From positions 1 to 57,650 of the forward strand of contig CAYXKF010000005.1 of the NCBI GenBank assembly GCA_964464735.1: a stretch of 57,650 bases of DNA, in the 5' to 3' direction. The notes under the pieces are model-generated. The model was not told the origin of the DNA. It made no database searches and saw only the letters and a program-made list of their open reading frames with translations. Position numbers and translations under genes: made by a program. This DNA comes from an uncultured Candidatus Saccharibacteria bacterium (GTDB lineage: Bacteria > Patescibacteriota > Minisyncoccia > Phycocordibacterales > UBA1006). Shown in pieces: positions 17,157 to 26,647 of this stretch (position 1 is the stretch's first letter; each line of letters opens with the position of its first letter).

Positions 17157-18889
17157 AAAACTTCTTTTTGATAACATTGTTCACAGTAAATCTTCTCGCA
17201 TCGACCAGGCGCATACGCTGTTTCAAAGGTATTTGAGCATTTTTCGCCATGGTCGTGCACTCCATTATCGCACATACACTGCCGGTTCCATAATTCTAGC
17301 GGCGTACGCTTTTCGAATCGATGCGAATGACGGCATCCGTAGCACAACCGCGGAAGCGGTATATTAAGCCGTCGGTAAAAAGTAAGCTCATTTGCAAGAA
17401 TCTTGTAGGCAGACGCACAACGGTGACTGCAGGTCCCAGCGTGTTCACATTCGATTATTTCATCAACGATAGTGTCTTCTATCTCGCTGATATTATCTGG
17501 AAGTTCCGTACTTTTTATAGTTGGATGATATTGACGCCCTTCTTTTTCTCTCCACCTAAAACCAGATTCTATTGCTTCAGTTTGTGAAAGCGGATAAAAG
17601 TCATTGGCGATTGTCTCGTTATAGGCAAAGGGAGAAAGTTCGATGGGAAAAAATTCACCATATCGGTAAGTATTTCCTTTCGCATCGATATATGGCATAT
17701 CCATCATATGTTGTTTAATTTTCGCCACAAGTTCAAAATACTCTTCTTTGGTATATTGGCGATTCAAAATGCAGTACGACTTATTTCTTAACCCAATGCA
17801 ACCAAATAAGTCGTGGCAACTATAGCAGTTAAACGAGTACTCGACATTGTTAGAATAATAAACCACATTGCAGAAATTACACGATACCCCTCCCGCTCCG
17901 GTATCATACGACTCAAAACTATTTTCAAGCATTGCGATTGCATTGCAATAATAACAACTGAACACATTTTCGGCTGCCCAAAAAAGGTATTTAGTATCCT
18001 TAACATTACCCGAAACATCAAAAACCGATTTGCTGTCGATCACGCCACTGATGTCATTACCTGTCGTATTGTGGCAGTTAATCATCGTTGCATATTTATG
18101 AATTGCATTACTTTTAAGCATTTCGAATTGGTTTTTCAGTTTTTTAATTGCCAGGAAACTTCCTAAATTATATTGGCCGACTTTTTGAAAATATTCATCC
18201 TTAGAATATTGAACATTTTCAAAACAATAACTTTTGTTTCGCAAATTCGAACACATAAAACAATTCACGCACCCTTTGCAATCATACAAAAAATAACTAT
18301 CGGTTGATGAAGTTGTTTTTTCACTATAAAAAAGCCTGCTTGAGTCTGCGCAGTAAATATCTTCGTAGCAAAACTCACTGCGAAAAACCACATATAAATC
18401 AAGAGAGTCCTTAATATTTGTAATAGAGTCGGCATACATGACTCTTTCGTTTTTCCATGCCGCAGAAACTAAATAGCAATCATAACTCTCTTCTGCCACA
18501 TTACAGTATTCGCTGTTTACCGCCTTTGAATTTGATAATGACTGAAATGGCACCTGATCGCGAAGATCCCTCCATTGTTTAAAGAAGGGTTCAGTAAAAT
18601 CGTATTCGAAACCATAATCAAGCGGATCCCATTGATCTCCCCACCAATACGATTGATCAACGATATTCATCTTCGTGTCAGGATGATAAATCGAAATCAT
18701 GCTTTTTCCGGTAACGGGATCTGGTCGCCGATATAACGCCAGAGTATTACGCCATGCAAAACGGCGCTGATGTGAGCAGCGGGGGCAAAACGTCGGTGGG
18801 GGCACTTTTATTTTTTCATAAAACGCGAAATCCTCGGGTTCGATGACAAATTGCTTTTTACAGTTCTGGCAATTTCGCATTTCATTCAT
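17153..18889 (-). CDS. Cys-rich multi-zinc-ribbon repeat protein, paralogue A (unknown family)
   Basis: 578 aa. CQNCKKQFVIEPEDFAFYEKIKVPPPTFCPRC and the same two QY(S/T)K(D/E)EY modules and C-terminal zinc ribbon as paralogue B. It begins 7 nt after the rplI stop. Confidence 0.8.
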   Translation of the reverse strand: MNEMRNCQNCKKQFVIEPEDFAFYEKIKVPPPTFCPRCSHQRRFAWRNTLALYRRPDPVTGKSMISIYHPDTKMNIVDQSYWWGDQWDPLDYGFEYDFTEPFFKQWRDLRDQVPFQSLSNSKAVNSEYCNVAEESYDCYLVSAAWKNERVMYADSITNIKDSLDLYVVFRSEFCYEDIYCADSSRLFYSEKTTSSTDSYFLYDCKGCVNCFMCSNLRNKSYCFENVQYSKDEYFQKVGQYNLGSFLAIKKLKNQFEMLKSNAIHKYATMINCHNTTGNDISGVIDSKSVFDVSGNVKDTKYLFWAAENVFSCYYCNAIAMLENSFESYDTGAGGVSCNFCNVVYYSNNVEYSFNCYSCHDLFGCIGLRNKSYCILNRQYTKEEYFELVAKIKQHMMDMPYIDAKGNTYRYGEFFPIELSPFAYNETIANDFYPLSQTEAIESGFRWREKEGRQYHPTIKSTELPDNISEIEDTIVDEIIECEHAGTCSHRCASAYKILANELTFYRRLNIPLPRLCYGCRHSHRFEKRTPLELWNRQCMCDNGVHDHGEKCSNTFETAYAPGRCEKIYCEQCYQKEVL

Positions 18890-18895
18890 AGGTTG

Positions 18896-19336
18896 TTATT
18901 CGCCCTTTACCGTAACCGTAAGTGAATACTGCGTACTACCAATTTTAACCATACACAAATGATCGCCAGTTTCTTTAAATGCACAATCTTTTACATAACT
19001 ATCAATTGATGGCAAATTTTGATACAGCTGCGCAAACGCTGCTGCAATTTCTTTAGCGCCCACAGCTTTATACAAATGCCCTTTTTCATTTCCTTTTGCC
19101 ACAATAGTAAGTGCAACGGGTTCGCCCGAAAGTATTTTAATAATTGCCTTTTCGTCGGCAGTTACCTTATCGCTTTGACTTTTTAATGATTCTAAAAACT
19201 TTTTAGCTTCGGCCGTGTCAGCCCGAAATGCCTTTTTTTGAGGTATTAAAAAGTTGTGTGCGTATCCGTCAGCTACGTCTTTAGTTTCGCCCCGGCGGCC
19301 GATCTTTTTAACATCCGTTATCATGACTACCTTCAT
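18896..19336 (-). CDS. rplI: 50S ribosomal protein bL9
   Basis: MKVVMITDVKKIGRRGETKDVADGYAHNFLIPQKKA. Start set at the second M (19336). Confidence 0.92.
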   Translation of the reverse strand: MKVVMITDVKKIGRRGETKDVADGYAHNFLIPQKKAFRADTAEAKKFLESLKSQSDKVTADEKAIIKILSGEPVALTIVAKGNEKGHLYKAVGAKEIAAAFAQLYQNLPSIDSYVKDCAFKETGDHLCMVKIGSTQYSLTVTVKGE

Positions 19337-19347
19337 ATATACCAAGT

Positions 19348-20577
19348 CTACTGATTTTTAAGGATGATTTCAATAGCCCTTTCAAGTTGGTTGTCGCGCT
19401 TGTTTTTTTGGAACTCTTCAACATTAAAGTGCTCTTCAATGTCGGGTTTTAAGCCCTCTTTCGAAATAGAGACACCATTTGGCGTGTACCACTGCGCAAC
19501 GGTTACCTTAATTGATGTTCCTAAAGGCAATTCTTGGTATTCTTGAACCGACCCTTTGCCGTAGGTCTGGGTTCCAACTAATGTTGCAATATCGTGCTCG
19601 CGAAGCGCTCCGGCTAAAATTTCTGATGCCGAAGCCGAACCACCATCAACGAGTATCACGATAGGGATTTTTTTATCCTGAAATGGACTTTTGGTTCCCT
19701 TACTGCGATGAACAACTTCGGTTTCATCGCGAGATTTTTCGCGCACGATCACTTTTCCAGCCGGCACAAACAAACTGGCAATGTCAGTCGATGCATCCAG
19801 GTATCCCCCCGGATTCGTACGCAAATCGATGATCAGGCCTTTTTCGACAGTTGCATCAAAGTCGGCAATCGCGTTTTTAAAATCGTTATACGAATTCTCG
19901 GTAAAGGTATACAGCGACACAATACGGACGCCATCTTTTTTCACCACATCAATCGATGGCACAGTGATTGTATCGCGTTCGATGGTAATGTCTTGCGGTT
20001 CGGCCTGGTTTTCACGCAAAATAGTCACGGTGACTTTGGTTCCTTTTTTGCCGCGCATTTTTTGAATTGCCTCTTCAAGCGACATGCTGGTTGTCGGTTC
20101 ACTATCAATTTTAATAATTACATCGCCGGCCTTGATTCCCGCCTTGTACGCTGGCATGTCCTTCAGGGGCGCAATGACAACAATTAGTCCATCTTTTTTA
20201 TCAACTTCCATGCCAACGCCCTCAAAGGCGCCTCCAACTTCTTCAGAAAATTGCTTTGCCTCTTTAGGGTCAAAAAACTCGGTGTATGGGTCACCGTACG
20301 ATGCGACAAGCCCCTTGATCATGCCATAAAGCTTTTCGTCGGCCGTTGGGCGTTCGGCAATGAACGAGCTATCTAAAATATTCCACACGTGGGTCAACAG
20401 CGGAAACTGGGCGCTGTTCTTAATGACCGAATCAACCGACTCTGCATCAGTGATCGATCGCGACAATACATACGTTTTGATTTTTGGCCCCACAATAATA
20501 CCCGCCACAAAAGCAACGATGATTGCCGTCACCAAAACACTTTTGCTGAACATTTTTTTAGACGTTTCGTTTTCCAT
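19348..20577 (-). CDS. ctpA: carboxy-terminal processing (S41) protease with PDZ domain
   Basis: 409 aa. N-terminal TM, PDZ segment AGIKAGDVIIKID, DLR.NPGG and the GGSASASEILAGAL catalytic region. Confidence 0.9.
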   Translation of the reverse strand: MENETSKKMFSKSVLVTAIIVAFVAGIIVGPKIKTYVLSRSITDAESVDSVIKNSAQFPLLTHVWNILDSSFIAERPTADEKLYGMIKGLVASYGDPYTEFFDPKEAKQFSEEVGGAFEGVGMEVDKKDGLIVVIAPLKDMPAYKAGIKAGDVIIKIDSEPTTSMSLEEAIQKMRGKKGTKVTVTILRENQAEPQDITIERDTITVPSIDVVKKDGVRIVSLYTFTENSYNDFKNAIADFDATVEKGLIIDLRTNPGGYLDASTDIASLFVPAGKVIVREKSRDETEVVHRSKGTKSPFQDKKIPIVILVDGGSASASEILAGALREHDIATLVGTQTYGKGSVQEYQELPLGTSIKVTVAQWYTPNGVSISKEGLKPDIEEHFNVEEFQKNKRDNQLERAIEIILKNQ

Positions 20578-20579
20578 GA

Positions 20580-21866
20580 TTACATTTTGAACTGAATACC
20601 ATTAAGGACAGTGTAGGCTTCGGGGGTAAATTTATTGTTTGGATCCCAAACCATAAACCCCTGGATGCCGTGCTTGATAAATGCCTTAAACTGCGCCTGT
20701 ACTTCTACGGTGCCATACTGCGCTCCGTAATCAAAATCTTGCACCCACGGGCGAAGCTTTGCTACATCGCGCGCCACTGCTTCTTGGTCAACATGCGTCA
20801 CCGCAGGCTTAGCTGCAACTGCTTGCCCGTTTTCGTCAACGGTTGCAGGCTGCGCCGGTGAATCAACGATAGTGTGCATTTGGGTAATCTTTTTTACCGC
20901 ATCACCCATTGCAATGTCTATAATTTCGTACGGAACAGTTGCAGGCTTAGCATATCCATGGAATTGAGGCGGATAGTGCGACGGATATACCATTGGCGCA
21001 ATGTAATCAAACAACGGCAGTAATCGTTCAAACTTTTGCCCAATACCCAAATCGTCTTGGGCTGATACAACCATCCCAAACAAGTCGGCCGAACGAACGA
21101 TTTTAGGATCAAGGGTGTTTTTCATATGTTGGGCAAACAATGCAACTTGGTCGGCGCGTGTGCTGCCTACTGGCACGTTATAGTTAATATCCTTAATATT
21201 TCCATCGGTTGGATAGCGAATATAATCGAAGTTAATTTCGTCAAATCCCATATCGCGATACGACACGTCGGCAATTAGTGCAATATATTTCCAAAACGGT
21301 TGTGCATCAACGCGTACAAACGCAAGCCCTTTACGATCTACCCAAGTCGATGACGGGTCTGAAACTTTTTTATAGGCATCTTCGGGGTAAAGCTTTGCGT
21401 AAGTCGGATCCTGAAAAATACTTACGCGCCCAATGACATATACTCCTTTTTCATGCAATTGCTTGATAAAATCCTTTAGGTCAGGGATGCGGTTTTCATA
21501 CGTCTTATATGCTTCAAGTTCTGCACGTGGCGGAATATACGAAAGCTTTCCAGTGTCATCCTTAATGTCTATCACCACGGCATTAATAAGATCAGACTGG
21601 TCAATCAGCCCCATAACGTGTGCTCGTAATGTTTTTGAGCCTGCTCCCCAGCTGCTTAAGTATAACGATCGTACATACTTCGGCGTTGCTACGTGAGACA
21701 CATCATTTTCTAGAATTTCTGGCTCGTCTTTTTTTGCTTCTTTTTTATCTTGCACCTTTACTTCTTCGGCATTACCCTGCTGCACAACATAGCGCATTGG
21801 TGCAACAAAAAAGATAACCAAAAAAATGGCGGTGATTCCAGCTATAGCAATTGCAAGGTGCTTCAT
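20580..21866 (-). CDS. putative secreted glycoside hydrolase-like protein (DUF4015-type TIM barrel)
   Basis: 428 aa. Signal anchor, INAVVIDIKDDTG, YVIGRVSIFQD, GFDEINFDYIRYP. Family assignment is by pattern only. Confidence 0.6.
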   Translation of the reverse strand: MKHLAIAIAGITAIFLVIFFVAPMRYVVQQGNAEEVKVQDKKEAKKDEPEILENDVSHVATPKYVRSLYLSSWGAGSKTLRAHVMGLIDQSDLINAVVIDIKDDTGKLSYIPPRAELEAYKTYENRIPDLKDFIKQLHEKGVYVIGRVSIFQDPTYAKLYPEDAYKKVSDPSSTWVDRKGLAFVRVDAQPFWKYIALIADVSYRDMGFDEINFDYIRYPTDGNIKDINYNVPVGSTRADQVALFAQHMKNTLDPKIVRSADLFGMVVSAQDDLGIGQKFERLLPLFDYIAPMVYPSHYPPQFHGYAKPATVPYEIIDIAMGDAVKKITQMHTIVDSPAQPATVDENGQAVAAKPAVTHVDQEAVARDVAKLRPWVQDFDYGAQYGTVEVQAQFKAFIKHGIQGFMVWDPNNKFTPEAYTVLNGIQFKM

Positions 21867-21869
21867 AAA

Positions 21870-22139
21870 TTACAGCGCGTTATTGTTTTCAAAAGTCGAA
21901 GCTGCTTCTGCGGTTGGCATAGTGGTAAAGGTCGTTTCTTCGATAATCACTTCGGTCGGACGCTGCGTGCCTTTACGGTAGCTATGCCAAAAGTATGCCA
22001 AAAAAACCACGCTGCCGATCAGGACAATAAAGCGGCGAAAATCAAACGGGATACCCAAAAACGGGATAATGATCATCGCAACGATGTAAACAATGGTATA
22101 CGTGTATAATTTTTTGCTCATAGGAGCTTCAGTATACAC
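21870..22139 (-). CDS. small two-TM membrane protein, hypothetical
   Basis: 89 aa with YTIVYIVAMIIIPFLGIPF and FIVLIGSVVFLAYFW. It is packed between neighbouring genes with gaps of 4 nt or less. Confidence 0.5.
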   Translation of the reverse strand: MYTEAPMSKKLYTYTIVYIVAMIIIPFLGIPFDFRRFIVLIGSVVFLAYFWHSYRKGTQRPTEVIIEETTFTTMPTAEAASTFENNNAL

Positions 22140-22837
22140 TATTGCCTGACAAAGTTCACGCCACTAATCACAAGTACGCACTCGCCTTTTACTTTATCGG
22201 TATTTTTTTCGTAGTAGTCAAGGACTTCTTTGGGCGTACCACGCACAATTTCCTCGTGTGCCTTGGTCATTTCGCGGCAAACACAAACAAGCCGGTCTTC
22301 GGCAAGCACTGCCCGAAGCTCGGTAAGGATTTTTTGCAAACGATGGGTCGATTCAAAGCAAACCGTTGCAGATTCTGATGCCGCTATCCCCTTAAGCGCT
22401 GTTTGACGGCCTTTCTTTTGAGGTAAAAATCCAATAAATGTCCATGGTGCTGGAATACCACACGCCGACAAAGCCGCCGTTACAGCCGATGCTCCTGGAA
22501 TAGCAATAACTTCAAAGTTTGCATCATGCGCCGCAGCAACTAAGCGCGTACCTGGGTCTGATATTGCTGGAGTACCCGCATCTGTTACCAAGGCAATCAA
22601 TTCCCCGCCCTCAAGGCGCTTTAAAATTTGGTCGACGCTTTTTCGTTCGTCGTGTGCGTTAAACGAAAATATGGCTGTTTTAATTTCGTAATGATTAAGA
22701 AGCTTTTTAGTGACACGCGTATCTTCGGCATAGATTGCATTTACATTTTGAAGTGTTTGGACCGCGCGAAATGTCATATCGGCCAAGTTGCCGATTGGCG
22801 TTGCAACAATATAGAGCTTTCCGTTTTCGTTTTTCAT
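22139..22837 (-). CDS. rsmI: 16S rRNA (cytidine1402-2'-O)-methyltransferase
   Basis: GKLYIVATPIGNLADMTFRAV..L.....IYAEDTR.T..LL, TDAGTP.ISDPG. Start at ATG 22837 forms an ATGA overlap with the upstream transporter stop. Confidence 0.9.
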   Translation of the reverse strand: MKNENGKLYIVATPIGNLADMTFRAVQTLQNVNAIYAEDTRVTKKLLNHYEIKTAIFSFNAHDERKSVDQILKRLEGGELIALVTDAGTPAISDPGTRLVAAAHDANFEVIAIPGASAVTAALSACGIPAPWTFIGFLPQKKGRQTALKGIAASESATVCFESTHRLQKILTELRAVLAEDRLVCVCREMTKAHEEIVRGTPKEVLDYYEKNTDKVKGECVLVISGVNFVRQ

Positions 22838-23706
22838 ATCGATGAAATAGCTGAAAGTATGAATACCGAAACCAGCGCTAGGATTATGCATAGCCATTGA
22901 TGTTGCATCAGACGCTCTTTATTAATAAGCACACCTAATATGATCGTCAAAATGATGTATGTTTCAGAAATCGTGACGGCAAGTGAAATCGGAATAAGTA
23001 CGGTTGCACTGGCATAAAATATCCACGCGGCATTATCCAAAATGGCAACCGCAACACTTTCGTATGGATGCTGACGCACATGTTTTACCAGTCCATGCCA
23101 CGTTTGCGTAACAGTAAAATAAATTACGCAAACAAGTGCAACGAACGTATGCACAAACCAAATCGTCATGACCGGGCCAATCTCTTGGCTAAACAAACCG
23201 GTACCAAAGTTCACAAACGCCTGCAGCAGCGCAGCAAGCAGTGCTATGAGCGCCCCTTTTTCAAACAAGTGGCGCGTTTTCATGCCGCCGGTATACCCCA
23301 CCAATAAAATACCACCAAACACAAACGCAACCAAGAGCATCTGCAGGCTGGTCATGCTTTCTTTAAGCACCAGTACGACCAATAAGACCGTCAACGGAAG
23401 TTCAAACGACATGATCGGCTCGACAACGGCGATCTTTCCTGTTTTTAAAGCATCAAATGTAACGAGCCCCACCGTAAGCGTTCCAATACCAAGCAACAAC
23501 AAATGCCATAGGTTTGCTGACGCAAAAAGCGCAGGCAGATTTTTGGCGATGAATGGAAACAAAATGATCGCACCCGCGGCAGTTACGCAAAACGTACTTG
23601 GCCAGATGCCAAAATCACGCGATGTTTTTTGAATAAAAAAGTCCCCAAACCCCCAGCACAGCAGTGCTAACAGAGCGAAGCTTATTCCCAGAATAGACAT
23701 GGGCAT
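22834..23706 (-). CDS. EamA/DMT-family transporter
   Basis: 290 aa with about ten hydrophobic helices in two EamA-like halves. The alternative start at M3 (23700) lies 6 nt after a TACTAT box. Confidence 0.75.
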   Translation of the reverse strand: MPMSILGISFALLALLCWGFGDFFIQKTSRDFGIWPSTFCVTAAGAIILFPFIAKNLPALFASANLWHLLLLGIGTLTVGLVTFDALKTGKIAVVEPIMSFELPLTVLLVVLVLKESMTSLQMLLVAFVFGGILLVGYTGGMKTRHLFEKGALIALLAALLQAFVNFGTGLFSQEIGPVMTIWFVHTFVALVCVIYFTVTQTWHGLVKHVRQHPYESVAVAILDNAAWIFYASATVLIPISLAVTISETYIILTIILGVLINKERLMQHQWLCIILALVSVFILSAISSI

Positions 23707-23738
23707 ATAGTAACCGACTGACCCAAAAGTGGCAATGG

Positions 23739-24362
23739 TTATTTTTTTAAAACAATTTGCAGTGGATCTTCATCGGGTTTATACTGCTGCGCGCGCCCTT
23801 CTTTACGTCCATATTCTTTAATAGCATATCCGGCACGTTTCCAGTCTTTTTTTGGAATAATTTTTAGCAGATCTTGTTCTATTTTGCTTGGGTCGGAATG
23901 TTTCGAAAGGTTAAAGCGCTTGGCAAAGCGAATGACATGCGTATCAACCGGAATACCAATATTTTTATTGTACGCATTGCTAATAATTGCAACGGCTGAC
24001 TTTCGCCCAACGCCCGGAATCTCTTGTATTGCTTTTTCGTCATCAGGAACAACTCCTTTAAATTTTTTATCTACCATTTCGGCAGCAAGCTTAAGATGCC
24101 GCGCCTTTGCATTAAAGTAACTAACTGTTTTGATGTGGTGCGTTATGTCGGCAACCGATGCCTTGGCCATCGCCTTTGCGGTTGGGTATTTTTTAAACAA
24201 CGCCGGAGTAATTTTGTTTACATGGTTATCAGTTGTCTGCGCCGAAAGCACCACCGCAACTAACAATTGCCATGGCGTTGCGTAATCTAAAAACGTTTTG
24301 CTTCGTTTATAGTGCTTTAGTAAGACAGGACCGATTTTTTGCCATGTCTCTTTAGGTGTCAT
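23739..24362 (-). CDS. nth: endonuclease III-like HhH-GPD DNA glycosylase lacking the C-terminal Fe-S cysteine cluster
   Basis: LLVAVVLSAQTTD..VN, HhH motif EIPGVGRKSAVAI (Lys present), VDTHVIR (Asp present). No C-x6-C-x2-C-x5-C is found at the C-terminus. Start at ATG 24362, 6 nt after TGTTATAGT. Confidence 0.8.
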   Translation of the reverse strand: MTPKETWQKIGPVLLKHYKRSKTFLDYATPWQLLVAVVLSAQTTDNHVNKITPALFKKYPTAKAMAKASVADITHHIKTVSYFNAKARHLKLAAEMVDKKFKGVVPDDEKAIQEIPGVGRKSAVAIISNAYNKNIGIPVDTHVIRFAKRFNLSKHSDPSKIEQDLLKIIPKKDWKRAGYAIKEYGRKEGRAQQYKPDEDPLQIVLKK

Positions 24363-24368
24363 GCAAAA

Positions 24369-24374
24369 ACTATA
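24369..24374 (-). promoter_or_regulatory. extended -10 box (TGtTATAGT) 6 nt before the nth-like ATG
   Basis: The minus strand reads CTGTTATAGT-TTTTGC-ATG ACA CCT. Confidence 0.45.
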
Positions 24375-24478
24375 ACAGAATTTCGCCTTACAGATTATTG
24401 ACATGTCCATTTTCTATGATATTGTGATCACAAGCTGTAACTCAGTGACATTAATTTTTAAAAATAAAAACAACCCAG

Positions 24479-24922
24479 ATGAGCTTTAATCCAGTTATAC
24501 GACCTTCAATTACTGTTACCCTTGCCCAATTTAACATGGCAATACTTGAATTAGGATCCCTTGGCGGACACCCAGTAAATGAAATTTACATGTATAGATT
24601 TACCGGCCCCGACGAAGTGATAATTCAACTCATGAATGACGAGGACAAGGCTAAGATTAAACAAAAGTGGAGTATCGAACGCTCGATTTTTGTCGAACCG
24701 TTACCTTATAAAATAAACAAGGAAGGTACCGGCTATGATTCTTACAATATAAAGAGCCAGTACCGTACCAAATTGCGTAATGCAGAACTTATTACCATTT
24801 CCAACCTATTAGCGGCCTCTGAAAAAAGTATCGGCAAATTGCCAGTTTCTAACGAAACCAAAGAGAAGCTTTTGGCCATAAGAAACTTATTCAAAGAAAG
24901 GATCGAATTTTATGGATTATAA
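24479..24922 (+). CDS. hypothetical protein
   Basis: 147-aa ORF ending just before a strong terminator. No family recognised. Confidence 0.5.
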   Translation: MSFNPVIRPSITVTLAQFNMAILELGSLGGHPVNEIYMYRFTGPDEVIIQLMNDEDKAKIKQKWSIERSIFVEPLPYKINKEGTGYDSYNIKSQYRTKLRNAELITISNLLAASEKSIGKLPVSNETKEKLLAIRNLFKERIEFYGL

Positions 24923-24942
24923 ACTCGCAACCAATTAGCAGA

Positions 24943-24970
24943 AAGCGCCCAGATAGTACTGGGCGCTTTT
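24943..24970. terminator. bidirectional rho-independent terminator
   Basis: AAAGCGCCCA-GATAGTAC-TGGGCGCTTTTTT lies between convergent genes. Confidence 0.8.
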
Positions 24971-25939
24971 TTAGGCAAAACTTTTTTGTGAAGGCTTATT
25001 TACAGCAAATGCGCGTTTTATTTTTTGCCAAAGCGACAAGTGGTTTTCGTGATCGCACAAAATGCGCTTTGCTTTTCGATGACATCCCGCGCAAATGACG
25101 TACTGCCCCGTACATTCGGTGTCAGAACAATCGCCCATGCATTCGCCAATCGCATTGCAGATATAACAATTGCCAATCGCGCTTGATTCGCCATTTGCAA
25201 AATCCATCGTCGTGCGCCGGTCAAACGTATACAACGGCCCCTTCCAAAAACCTTTGGGGAATTTTTCCATATACGTATGAATGCCCCCATCAAGCTGGTA
25301 TACGTTTTCAAACCCTTCCTCGCGCAACACTGCCGTACCCTTTTCGCAGCGAACGCCACCGGTACACACCGCAACGACGGTTTTCTTTTTTAGGTCTTCA
25401 AACTGCGGCAACAACCCGCGCATTTCCTTAAAAGCCCGCATGGGGATTTTTCGCGCACCTTCAAAGTGTCCCAGGTCATATTCGTAGCCGTTACGCATGT
25501 CCATAACGACGAAATCCTTTCCCTCTTCAAACCATTGATGCAATTCTTCAGCGGGGATATGTTTACCACCATGCCCTTCGTGCGGCTTTAAATGCGGCGC
25601 CTGCAACGTGACGATTTCGGGGCGAACCTTGACCGATAATTTTGGAAACGCGTCACCATAACCCTGGCTAGTTTTGATATGCATGTCGGCAAACAATGGA
25701 TTTTGCTTGATCCACACGGCAAATAAAACAGCATTTTCGTTGGCGCCTTCAAGGGTGCCGTTTAAGCCTTCGGTTGCAATAATGACACGCCCCTTAAGGT
25801 TTAGTTCGGTTGCCTTAGCGCGGATATCATCCATAAGCTGTTTAGGATCGGCAACATCAACGTACTTGTAAAACAACAGCACGGTAAAATCGCCCGAAAG
25901 TTCGGCATGGGTCGAGTGAGTTTTGGCTACATTTAACAT
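24971..25939 (-). CDS. trhO: rhodanese-domain tRNA U34 hydroxylase (TrhO/YceA, UPF0176)
   Basis: LLFYKY..V.DP......I......L.LKGRVIIA.EG.NGTL.G, active-site CTGGVRCEK, and a Cys-rich C-terminal tail. Start at ATG 25939, 6 nt after TATAGT, which removes the overlap with the PAP2 gene. Confidence 0.85.
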   Translation of the reverse strand: MLNVAKTHSTHAELSGDFTVLLFYKYVDVADPKQLMDDIRAKATELNLKGRVIIATEGLNGTLEGANENAVLFAVWIKQNPLFADMHIKTSQGYGDAFPKLSVKVRPEIVTLQAPHLKPHEGHGGKHIPAEELHQWFEEGKDFVVMDMRNGYEYDLGHFEGARKIPMRAFKEMRGLLPQFEDLKKKTVVAVCTGGVRCEKGTAVLREEGFENVYQLDGGIHTYMEKFPKGFWKGPLYTFDRRTTMDFANGESSAIGNCYICNAIGECMGDCSDTECTGQYVICAGCHRKAKRILCDHENHLSLWQKIKRAFAVNKPSQKSFA

Positions 25940-25945
25940 GGCCTC

Positions 25946-25951
25946 ACTATA
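25946..25951 (-). promoter_or_regulatory. -10 box (TATAGT) 6 nt before the trhO ATG
   Basis: The minus strand reads TTGACTATAGT-GAGGCC-ATG TTA AAT. Confidence 0.4.
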
Positions 25952-25991
25952 GTCAAAAACACCTCTTTCTGCAACATCACGGCTATTGCGC

Positions 25992-26645
25992 TTAGTTATC
26001 AAGTTGTAAAAAGGCTTTTCCAACGGCAATACCCACAATGATTCCTAAAATAAGCCCTGCCACAACGTCCGAAAACCAATGAAAACTTGCCGATGCGCCA
26101 ATAGCGATATACACTGCGTACCCTAAAGCTGGCACGGTTACCCATTTGTTACCGCGGAAAAATACGATTAAAACAAAGGCGATCGCAAACGATACGGTCG
26201 TATGCGATGACGGCCATCCCCAAAAAATGCCCCCTTCCCAAACGCCAAAATGAAACTCGCGGCTAATTTGCATAAGCAAGTCAGTAATTTGATGTGGTGG
26301 ATGCGCGCGACCAGTAAATACCTTGTACATTGATGACACCAGCCATCCTAAAAATGCGGCTTGCAGCACAGCCCACGACGCAATGTTTAAACGCTTACTA
26401 TCACGCATTGCACCTAAAATCCAAAGGCCAATAAAAATAAGAAATGGCCCCACAAAACCCAATATGCCGGCAAAACGAAACACATGCGAAAACGGCGTGT
26501 CCGAAACTTTTGCAAAATATTGCCAATCAAAACCCATAGCAACCAACAGTCCCGTCAATGCGATCATCAGTGCGTGCCACCACAAATTCTTGAGGCTAAA
26601 AATAGCAAGAAGGCTTGTAGGAATAAGCGTAAAGAATTTTCGCAT
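25992..26645 (-). CDS. PAP2-family membrane phosphatase
   Basis: 217 aa with KVFTGRAHP, PSSHT and SFHWFSDVVAG, which are the three PAP2 motifs. Confidence 0.85.
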   Translation of the reverse strand: MRKFFTLIPTSLLAIFSLKNLWWHALMIALTGLLVAMGFDWQYFAKVSDTPFSHVFRFAGILGFVGPFLIFIGLWILGAMRDSKRLNIASWAVLQAAFLGWLVSSMYKVFTGRAHPPHQITDLLMQISREFHFGVWEGGIFWGWPSSHTTVSFAIAFVLIVFFRGNKWVTVPALGYAVYIAIGASASFHWFSDVVAGLILGIIVGIAVGKAFLQLDN

Positions 26646-26647
26646 AA

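Noticed and set aside
24971-25150. Cys-rich C-terminal tail of TrhO (CYICNAIGECMGDCSDTECTGQYVICAGCHRKAKRILC), considered as a fused extra domain.
   Set aside because: UPF0176/YceA-family proteins commonly carry a Cys-rich C-terminal extension, so this is probably the normal family architecture.
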